Shown piece by piece: positions 44,806 to 53,900 of a DNA stretch of 64,000 bases. Within the stretch, counting starts at the first letter, position 1. Every line of letters begins with the position of its first letter. The position numbers and the translations under genes are program-made. The DNA lies in the NCBI GenBank assembly GCA_964019335.1, contig OZ025688.1, forward strand, positions 248,001 to 312,000, written 5' to 3'. The notes under the pieces are model-generated. The model saw only the letters and a list, made by a program, of their open reading frames with translations, was not told the DNA's origin and ran no database searches. Source of the stretch: Diplonema japonicum. Taxonomy: Eukaryota > Protista > Euglenozoa: Diplonemea.

Positions 44806-45189
44806 ATGTCGATCAGGATGCTCCTCGTTGTTTGCCTTGCTGCCGTTGCCCTTGCTGACTCGTTCCAGATCCAACAGTGCACGAACAAGAAGGCGACCGG
44901 TGTAAGGTTGAACATCACAACAACAGGGTGCAACATAGTCACCTTCGGGAAGACGGAGTTCAACCTTGTCCTCTCAGTGATAAGGGGACACACTTCAAAC
45001 TCAACCCTCCTTGGTCTGTTGAAGGAGTACCCGAGCAACAAGTGCACGGGGGCCGTGAAGTCCACAGACGCCATTGCCTGTGGTTGCGTGGGCAGCAATG
45101 CCTTCTCCTTCGTGTGCAATGGGGGTCCTGCCATCGCCATCCCCTCCCTCTTCCTCCTCGCCGCCTCCCTCGTGGTCTACTTGTTGTAG
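44806..45189 (+). CDS. Type A1' surface protein (diverged A1 variant, 127 aa)
   Basis: Same signal peptide, Cys and tail as A1; ~24 substitutions in the mature domain. Confidence 0.86.
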   Translation: MSIRMLLVVCLAAVALADSFQIQQCTNKKATGVRLNITTTGCNIVTFGKTEFNLVLSVIRGHTSNSTLLGLLKEYPSNKCTGAVKSTDAIACGCVGSNAFSFVCNGGPAIAIPSLFLLAASLVVYLL

Positions 45190-45677
45190 GTTGGCGACGA
45201 ACAAAGACAACAAGTTCTTTGTTTACTAAGATAACGGTTCACTTTACAACTCTTCCCCCCTCCCTTCGTTGCTGCTTCATTCTTTTGAATTGAAACTTGC
45301 TTACTTCTATTTCTGATAACAAATTAAAACATTCTTTTTTTTGTTGTGTTTTTCAATTTATTCGCTAGCTTCTTCTGTTTTTCTTCTCTTTATCTTCCCA
45401 CTGTCCACCTCTGCCCTCCCAAAGGCAAAGGGGAAGTGGGCAAAGGTGAAGCGGAGAAGGGGGGTGGTGACAATCTCACCGTGAAAAGGCCGTCCACTGC
45501 AGCGGTAGAATGGCAAGGAAGGCTCTTCTTTGCTGTTTTTGCGTGTGGATGTCACCCACTCCCCTCGGCCCAAAATATACATCTTCTTCTTTTTTCCCTT
45601 TCTTTTTATTCTTCTTCTTACAACAACGAGTCTTTGACTTGTCCAAACAAAAGGGGAACGTTGGCAACGTGTTTACG

Positions 45678-45860
45678 TTACCTTACGTTACCTTTTTTTT
45701 ATTCGACTCCAAGCAATGTTTCTCGCCCAGATGCCGTCCATCTCATCGCGACAAACAGCCACCGCAGGCACCAGACAGCAACCGCAGAACGGTGACCGAT
45801 TAGTGTGAATTTCTCCCTGAACGGTGAGCACCCACCCGCACACCGAAATTTATCAAATTT
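45678..45860 (+). mobile_element. 5'-truncated retroposon-like 3' fragment replacing part of the A1-A2 spacer
   Basis: Encodes ..LQAMFLAQMPSISSRQTATAGTRQQPQNGDRLV*, homologous to ..LRDRYLSQTPTRLPRSLTTAAGTRQSPQNGDNGD* of 10556-11221. Followed by the hairpin cggtgagc..gcacaccg. Absent from the other spacer copies. Confidence 0.65.
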
Positions 45861-45968
45861 ATTGTTTGACTTTCAGCTTGTTGCCTTTGGGTTCACACCA
45901 CTCACCACAGATTTCTTACCTTCTCTCCAATCCCAACCTTCAAAAACACAAAAAACAAATCCGAAAAA

Positions 45969-46349
45969 ATGTCGATCAGGATGCTCCTCGTTGCCTGCCT
46001 CGTTGCCGCCTCTCTTGCGGACTCGTTCCAGATCCAGCAGTGCACGAGTGGGAACGCGACGGGCCCCAAGCTGAGCATCGAGCTTGCGGGGTGCAGCCTG
46101 CTGACGTTCGGTGATAAGCCGTACAACCTCAGCCTGACTGGGGTTAAGGGGTCCAACCTCTACCAGAACCTCACTGCTGTGGGGAACTCCTTCACCGACA
46201 ACAAGTGCAAGAATGCGAACCCCGCCACAACCGATATTTCGTGCACCTGCGCCTCCGACAGCCAGTTCACCTTTGTGTGCGATGGGGCCTCCTTCGCCGT
46301 CCCCTCCCTCCTTGTCCTCGTGGCCTCTGTCATGGTTTACATGATGTGA
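45969..46349 (+). CDS. Type A2 surface protein copy
   Basis: Identical protein to 12427-12807; different 3' flank. Confidence 0.88.
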   Translation: MSIRMLLVACLVAASLADSFQIQQCTSGNATGPKLSIELAGCSLLTFGDKPYNLSLTGVKGSNLYQNLTAVGNSFTDNKCKNANPATTDISCTCASDSQFTFVCDGASFAVPSLLVLVASVMVYMM

Positions 46350-46761
46350 AAGTGAGGGTTGTGCGGGAAAAAACACGGACCGCGAAGTCCCTTAAGGTTT
46401 AATTAAGTTTTAACATAAAAATAGACATTAACAGAGAAGGTTTTTTTACGGGATCTGGGGGGGGAAACAAGGGAAACATTTCTCCGGTATTCGCCTCTGC
46501 GATGACCTCTTTCCATTCGCTGCTTTTCTATTCTCTCTTCTCGTTGTTCCGTGTCTTTGAAGATGGCAGCTCGATAGCCGTTCTGCTGTCACCCATAGTA
46601 AGTATGCACTTCTAGCATGCTGGGGGGAGCTCCTTCTTCGCTTAAACGGTTCCTCTATGTATTCCTCTTTCGTTTTTTTTTTTTTTTCCATTTCTATATG
46701 AGAATAAAAACGTATCACCTTTGCAGATAACTTATCTTTAATCACACAACTTTCAAACAAG

Positions 46762-47133
46762 ATGTTCACCAGGATGCTCCTCGTTGCCTGCCTCACTGCC
46801 GTTGCCCTTGCTGACAACTACCAGTTCCAGGTGTGCACAGCTGGGAACGTGACGGGGTCGAAGTTCGACATTGAGAACGACAAGTGCACGGTGATCACGA
46901 GCACGAACACGAACTTCACCCTGACGGGTGTTACGGGTCTTGCTGAGAACCAGACCCTCGCTGGTGTGCTGAACGTGTTCAGCGATGACGTGTGCACGGC
47001 TCCCGCCAGCATGTCCACAGATGTTGCCTGCGACTGTGGCAGCAACGCCTACGCCCTGGTGTGCGATGGGGCTTCCTTCGCCGTCCCCTCCCTCCTTGTC
47101 CTCGTGGCCTCTGTCATGGTTTACATGATGTGA
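46762..47133 (+). CDS. Type A3 surface protein copy (CTC>CDC)
   Basis: One substitution inside the CxC motif. Confidence 0.88.
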   Translation: MFTRMLLVACLTAVALADNYQFQVCTAGNVTGSKFDIENDKCTVITSTNTNFTLTGVTGLAENQTLAGVLNVFSDDVCTAPASMSTDVACDCGSNAYALVCDGASFAVPSLLVLVASVMVYMM

Positions 47134-47551
47134 GCATGCGATACAGGGAATGAACAGTAGAATAGAAATCAAAATGAACCTTCATAACTATACCTATTTC
47201 CGTTGCTGCACATATGCCTTTGTGATCGTACGTATAACATGTAGGATCGCTGATGCTATGTGCGGCCATACCCGTTTATTGATTGATTCTCGTTCACTTT
47301 TTTCTTAGTTTTTCTTTTATTTTTTTTTAGTTTCCCGGGCGTGTAATCATCCGTTTCACCCACCTTTCCTGAATGGATGGACACGGCTTTTTCATGTGTC
47401 TCCCGGCTCCAACACCCCAGCCCAAATGCTCCACTCGCTCAAACTGTTTCACTTTATCTTTAGTTTTTTTTACTTCCCCCACTCCCCTCCAGTTTGAAAA
47501 GAACCTAAAGAAAAAGAAAACAACGTCACGCAGTTTATATTACACAAGAAG

Positions 47552-47815
47552 ATGGGAAATACTCAGAACGGCCACCACGATTTGTGTGGGGACCCTTGTT
47601 CCTCTGTCATTCAGAAAGTAGGCCCAGGTGCGTGTGGACTGACGTGGGAGGACGGCTGTAAAGGGAAGTCACCGCCGTCTGGATTCACATCAACAACACC
47701 AATCTCTCAGCTGTGCCCTGCGGAGTGCCATGCCGAGAAAGGAAACCTTACAACTGGGAGTGTCGGGGTGAAGGTAAAGGGGCCCAAGCTTATGCGGGAC
47801 TTAACTAAGGAATAG
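47552..47815 (+). CDS. Small Cys-containing hypothetical protein (87 aa, MG start)
   Basis: ATG after an A-rich leader; coding-like GC between AT-rich spacers; six Cys. Confidence 0.4.
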   Translation: MGNTQNGHHDLCGDPCSSVIQKVGPGACGLTWEDGCKGKSPPSGFTSTTPISQLCPAECHAEKGNLTTGSVGVKVKGPKLMRDLTKE

Positions 47816-47885
47816 TAACCAGCCTTATTTTTTTTTTTTTCTTTATTCAGAAAAAAAAAAAGAAAATCTTAGATGTGGTACACAG

Positions 47886-50111
47886 ATGCCATTACCATGC
47901 GGGTCATCACTGTCGACTCTCCCGCAAGAATTCATACATGAGGTCGAGTACAAAGCGAAACAGATGCTCAAAGAGCTGCTGTATCCCTTGTGCGTGTTGT
48001 ATATTAGAAAAAAACGAAGAGAGCGAATGACGAGGTTCAGAGACCAACAGCATCCGCTGGAACACCTGCTTCGGGGCGCAACCCCAATGTTTTTTAAGTG
48101 GAGCGCCAGTGAGATGAAGGCTGTGATGGACCAGATGACGGCAGTGAGCTACGCCCCGGGTGAGATAATTGTGTACCACAAGCAGCCGTGTGGATCAGGA
48201 TTGCTTTTCGTTCAGTCTGGAAGCGTTTCGCTGCAAAGTTGCGGAAATGTCATAAACTGCGATGCTCCTTTATTCGCAATAGGTGCTGCTGCCATCGTAA
48301 CAGATGAAGAATCCCCTGTCCGTGTCACTGCAGAGTCCGAAGTGGACTGTTGGGTGCTGTCGAAAAACACATTTGCCAAGCTCATTCCCCCACATCTTGA
48401 AGACTCCCTTGTCTCCGACGCGTTCCAATGGCGGACAGACATAATGCACCGGAACTTCTCGATGAACCCCTCCCTCATGAGGAAGTCCGTCCTTCTCAAA
48501 ACGTGGCCGGAACACCTTCTCAACTACCTTGTCTCGCGATTGAAGCCCCTCGTACTCCGGAAAGGTTACGTTCTCGCACCGCAAGGACAACGAATCACCG
48601 CAATCCTTTTCATCATGCGCGGGACCTGTGAGACGGTCTGCACAACGAAGGACGGAATCAGCATCGCCACTGAAACCACCGACAGCGTCATAGGGGACAT
48701 CGACATCATCATCGGCGACAAGCGAACGAGCAGCCTGCGGTGCAAGACAACGTGCGATTGCTGGTCGCTGTCGGAGGTGGACCTTAAGTACGTGATGAAC
48801 GATGAACTCTCGAAGGGGTCGCATCAGGTAGCCTTCGTTCACAGATCCGTTTGGATGCAGAAGGAAGGTTACAAGCTGCTGCCGTTCTTCCTTCTGAACG
48901 TGCCGTTCTTCGCGAAGCTGCTCACGTCCCGCGCCATCGTCGAGGACGTGACGAAGATCTTCACGCCGCAGATGTACCACAGCAAGCAGGTCGTCGCTTC
49001 GGTGTCGTCTTTATGCACACGCGTAATCCTCGTCTTCAGGGGCTGTGCTGCAGCTGTGTCCCTCTCTGACGATGTTATAGTACGAAAACTGCACGAAGGC
49101 GAATGCATGGGGGACACAGGGCTCATTCAACAGCGGTGGCGGCACCTTATCATCGCAACCACCATCACCGACTGCTGGGAGTGCAAGGTTTCCGACCTCC
49201 GGGATGTCCTGTTGCGGCACAACATGCTCGACGTCGCTACGGGCTTCGCTCTGGACTTAATCCGTCAGGACGAGAAACTTCGGTGTGAAGAACGACCCTC
49301 TTGGTTCACCCCACCCCCTCACACAATGCGGCACACGGCAGGGTGCAGAGTCAAACTATGGGAACTTCTGTCGCGGGACTCCATCGGCGGCTCCTTGGGG
49401 GTGATCATGAAGAATCTCGACGGAACGCCCAGCCCCTCGTTGACAATTTTGTGGCCGACGCCTCCTTCGAAGCCAGAGGAAGGCAAGAAGAGTTCCTTCT
49501 GCCAAATGGTCACGTCCAATATTTGTGTACTGAGAACCAAAAGGCCAAATGAGGATGTAAACCGACGACCGATGGCGAAGCAGGACTGGACAAAGTACTT
49601 GAAAGACATTGCGGATGACACGTCCACAGCAGGAAGGGCACAGCATGAGAGGGAGATGTGCAACGAAACGGCGGCGTTACAAATGAAAGTGGAAAAGGCC
49701 GTGTCGGGGATGGTCCGAAGGTACGACGAGGGGAAGAAGAAGTTCATGCCGCGACCGAAGGAAAGGGCGAAATCAAAATCAAGCATTTCTGCATTCCATA
49801 ACATTCCGATGCTGAACCTCACGAAACCGAAGAAGAGGTTGAAGATGACGCTTACCCCGTCCAAGCCTCGCACAGTGGCACAGCAAGCACGTAAGCGAAA
49901 TGTCAGGGTATCTAATACAAGCGACTCGCCTTTTGTATTCAGCACCACTTTTGCTCCTCCGCCGCCCGTTGCGTCCTATGCTTCTGAATGGCTTTCGCGC
50001 ACGGCAGCGGGGCCCATACCAGAGGGCTACAACCCATATAGATTGGAGTGGAACCGTGCAAGAGACATCAACCCCGAACAGGCCAAGGCAAGAACAATGG
50101 GTGTTTTATAA
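47886..50111 (+). CDS. Cyclic-nucleotide-binding (cNMP)-domain protein with ~3 degenerate domains (741 aa)
   Basis: Repeated cNMP-fold patterns: SYAPGEIIVY..GLLFVQSGSV..VTAESEVDCWVL; LRKGYVL..ILFIMRGTC..GDIDII..RTSSLRCKTTCDCWSL; VILVFRG..LHEGECMGD..IATTITDCWE. The true start may lie further upstream. Confidence 0.8.
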   Translation: MPLPCGSSLSTLPQEFIHEVEYKAKQMLKELLYPLCVLYIRKKRRERMTRFRDQQHPLEHLLRGATPMFFKWSASEMKAVMDQMTAVSYAPGEIIVYHKQPCGSGLLFVQSGSVSLQSCGNVINCDAPLFAIGAAAIVTDEESPVRVTAESEVDCWVLSKNTFAKLIPPHLEDSLVSDAFQWRTDIMHRNFSMNPSLMRKSVLLKTWPEHLLNYLVSRLKPLVLRKGYVLAPQGQRITAILFIMRGTCETVCTTKDGISIATETTDSVIGDIDIIIGDKRTSSLRCKTTCDCWSLSEVDLKYVMNDELSKGSHQVAFVHRSVWMQKEGYKLLPFFLLNVPFFAKLLTSRAIVEDVTKIFTPQMYHSKQVVASVSSLCTRVILVFRGCAAAVSLSDDVIVRKLHEGECMGDTGLIQQRWRHLIIATTITDCWECKVSDLRDVLLRHNMLDVATGFALDLIRQDEKLRCEERPSWFTPPPHTMRHTAGCRVKLWELLSRDSIGGSLGVIMKNLDGTPSPSLTILWPTPPSKPEEGKKSSFCQMVTSNICVLRTKRPNEDVNRRPMAKQDWTKYLKDIADDTSTAGRAQHEREMCNETAALQMKVEKAVSGMVRRYDEGKKKFMPRPKERAKSKSSISAFHNIPMLNLTKPKKRLKMTLTPSKPRTVAQQARKRNVRVSNTSDSPFVFSTTFAPPPPVASYASEWLSRTAAGPIPEGYNPYRLEWNRARDINPEQAKARTMGVL

Positions 50112-50210
50112 CACCCCCTCCTTCCCCTCCCTCCCCCCTCTTTTTATTCGCTTTCATTTGCACTACGAATACTGCAAAAGAAAACCCGTGTGGTCTCGCC
50201 AGATGGTGAC

Positions 50211-50732
50211 ATGTATGCACGTAGACAGTCTAAGAAACTGAGCGTGTTTGGTGACAGTTGTAATGCGAACCGAGCAGGAAAATTGAACAAAACAGTTGGG
50301 ATAGAAAAGACACTGTTTAAGAGATTTCTGTGGAGGGCTCGATGCGGCGAGGGTGGTGGAACTGTTCCGGAGAGTTGTGAGATGGTACTCAAGGAGCTTC
50401 CTGAAAGTGTTAAGGGGGCTGTCGTTGCTGCCTTGCTAGACGCAGCACGCGAGACACCACCTTCCTGGGCACCCCCACTCGTTGCTGTGCTCTGTGTAGT
50501 GGCAATGGCCTGCCCTTTGGATGCCTCGTGCAGAAAGCCTGTTATAAAATCCAGAAGAAGGCGCAAAAAGCAATGTCTAAAGAGCCCACCGCAGCGATAC
50601 TTCCCGCGCCTTGCAACCCTTGCTTTGCACCCCACACATTGGTCCCCACAACCCATAGTCCACTCCCAACCACGTGAACCCCCTGATCTCTTCCCTCTCC
50701 GTCCTTTTCTACACTTGTCTGGAATTGGGTGA
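50211..50732 (+). CDS. Hypothetical protein (~173 aa)
   Basis: Open frame with coding-like composition between two AT-rich spacers; no recognisable domain. Confidence 0.4.
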   Translation: MYARRQSKKLSVFGDSCNANRAGKLNKTVGIEKTLFKRFLWRARCGEGGGTVPESCEMVLKELPESVKGAVVAALLDAARETPPSWAPPLVAVLCVVAMACPLDASCRKPVIKSRRRRKKQCLKSPPQRYFPRLATLALHPTHWSPQPIVHSQPREPPDLFPLRPFLHLSGIG

Positions 50733-50918
50733 TGTGGTTTACACTACTCACTGACCCCCGGCTTCATTGCATTTTTAGTTTTTTTTCTTTCTTTTCTTTT
50801 TTCTTTTTGCGATCTCAACACGACGCACACAAACACACACCAAGGGGGAAGGGGTTTTTTTCTTTTTCCGAGTTTCCCCCACCCCCTTTTAAAAAGGGGG
50901 GATAGAAGAGAGAAAAGA

Positions 50919-53900
50919 ATGTCGGAAGAATTGAGTGTCGAGCAGACAAAAAAAGCCCTGCTAGAGAAACGGCTGAGAGAACGACAGTATTTCTCGTCAT
51001 GTAGCATTGGGGCAAGCGTGTCGAGGGGACAACAGGTTGTGGAAGAGAAGAAGAGGGGGAAGCAACCATATAGGGACCCTGCTACGAACCCGATTAGCAC
51101 ACCGCTGTACCACTTTCAGATGCATGAAGTCTTCGAACACGACATACCAGACATGAAGGCCCCCACTGTGGGGACGACTACGAAAACGCCTATTTCAGAG
51201 GTCCCGATAACAAGGAAAGTGAAAACCTTGCAGAGTCTAGAGGGTACTGTCACAACGTCAATGGCGCTGACAGACCCGGACGAAGCGCTTATGAGTAGCA
51301 TACAGGTAGCAGCTTCAAGACGGCCAAAAGCTGAACGGCAGATGGTCGTTGCGCCGGACGACATTGCTGACATCCTTACGCTCCATACCGCTGAAGATGT
51401 GATTGCTTTCTTCTCTAAAACCGGCAACACCAGTGCTGTTAAGTTCGTCTATCTTAACAGAGCTCAACAAGGGTTGCTCTTTCGCCCTTACGATCTCCAG
51501 GTCGTCATGCGTGGCAGACAAGAACCCGAGCATTTCTGCATTTCTGCGTCCGGCTGTGTTCACGTCAAGCCCGGTCACCCATCAGAGGTGGTCTCCCTCG
51601 CAGAATGGATGCGAGAATGCACCCTCTTCAACGTCCTTACACGCATCCACTTCTTCAAGAACTACCTTGTCGGCAAGTCCTTCACCCAGTGGCGCCGCAA
51701 TGTTCGGTTCCACCTGTACTGTCAAACAAGAAAACGGTTGTGCAAATCGTTTTTCCTCTCGAAACAGACATTCGCATCTACCCTGTCGGAGCTGCACAAA
51801 GCTGCTTATGAGCTTAGTACTATCCCGCTTGTGTACTACCCTGAAATTAAAGAGACGTATACCCATGATAAGTTCAAAGAGGAGCAGAACACATTGTGCA
51901 GGATACCCGCGGAGCAGGAGTTCAGGGGCGCCATGGATAAAATGGAGCACACGTTGCTGAAGCTTTGCGAAAGCGTGACGCAGCGTGCGAATGTGCCGGA
52001 TCTTACGACACAGGAGTCTCTTGAGCAGTACTTGCTGGCGAACGCAGCGGTGAACGGGAAGGAAAAGGGTAAAGGCGGGAAGAGGATGAAGAGCATGGTC
52101 GACGCACAGGCCGAGCAACAAGAAAGAATGCGGATGCTGAAGCGTGCGATGGTGGAGCACAGCATGCTGGACTCCTTTATCCGGCTTGTCGACTACATCG
52201 CAGCTGAGAACCTCTTCAAGAACGCGCTCATCGCCGTCAACAAGTTCCACAACGTATTATCCCTCCCCGACAGCGAGAAGATCATCATGTTCCAGATCAC
52301 CATCACCTTCCAAGGCGAAGAGGACCTCGTGTTTGTCCCCTCCGAGCGGGAGATCCTCGACACCTACAGCTTAGTCATGGACGAGATCATACACTTGGTG
52401 GGCCAGGTCACCAGACTTATTTACATAAGAGACGTGAAGATACACTTTGCAACACCGCCCAAGACGTTCAGCGTAGGCACCGCCATTCGCAATGACCACC
52501 GGTACAATTTCATGAAGAAGCAGACGTGCCAGTTGATATCGACGGACTTCGCAGCTGCCTTCGAGCAGGCGAAGCTGTACGAGAGCTACAGAAAGTGGTT
52601 CATTTTCGTCGATGTCGAGTGGAAGGAAGTGGAAGCGAGGTGGGAAGCCATGCCAGACGAGCTCACACCCGAGGAGTTCGAAAAATACATCCACGATCCG
52701 AAGCACACCACAGCCAAGGATCATAAGGACCCGACACAGGCGAACAAGCCTATGGGCAAGGTGAAGCAAGCACTCGGTGACCTTGATGCGCTGTTCAACC
52801 GCCCGCAGGGCATCCTACTTGTGAACTCGAACAAGCTGCGCACGACGCTGCAGGAGAAGCTCGACGACATAATGGAAAAGGTGAGGGCAAAGTTGCTAGA
52901 GGTTGCGAAGAAGCGCACCACCGAGTTGGTCGGCGACATCCAAAACAAGATGCGCCAGCTCATGGCACGCCCCACGACCCTGCAGGCCTTCGCAGCATTC
53001 GTGCAGTCATTGAACGAGATCCGCGACGAGTCACAGACAGTGATGATGCGGTGCGACGACATTCAGAGGCTGTACGAGATTGCAGAGGTTAACGGGATAA
53101 AGCCGCAACTCGCAGAGCAGGGTAGGAAGGACCTTTTGATCGGTGGACCAAATGTGCATACCGTGCCCTTGAGGGACCAGTTTGTGGAGTACATTCAGCA
53201 GGCGGGCGATTTCAAGATCAACAACCTCAAGGTCATGTCCGCGAACTTGGAAAACTACATCGACATTGCGAACGAGGAACTCCTTGCAACGATGGCCATC
53301 CTCGAGCACGGGGACTACGTTTCTTGCCATGCTGAGACACGGGATGTGCTGGCACAGCTAGCTGGCGTGGACGACACGATCAAGACCATTGAGGCAAAGG
53401 TGAAGATGTACACCGACTACCAAAAGCTGTTCGACACAACACCTTCCGAGTGGACCAACCTCACAGCAATCAAGGAGACATACCAAAAGCGGTACGACCT
53501 GTGGTCCACATATGACAAGTTCATGGAGCAGCGCCACGTGTGGGAGTCGGAGGAGATCAAAGACGTGGAGGAAGCACAGCTCAAGGAACAGATCGAGGAC
53601 TTCTTTAGAAAAGCGCACAAACTACACAAAGACATTGGGGACGAGGTCTCCGACCTCCTGCTGGAGTCCGTGACTGAAGAGAGGAAGAACCTCCCTGTGA
53701 TGATCGACCTGTGCAACAAAGATATGCAGATGGAACACTGGGAGGAAGTATTCCGCGGGATGGGGAAGGCTTATGGACCTGAAAAGGACCACTTCACACT
53801 TTCTAGTTTGAGGGCTTACAAGGTATTTGAACACAAGGATCTTGTAGCTGAGATATCAGGGAAGGCAAGAGGACAGGCAGGAGTGAAAAAGTGCATAAAC

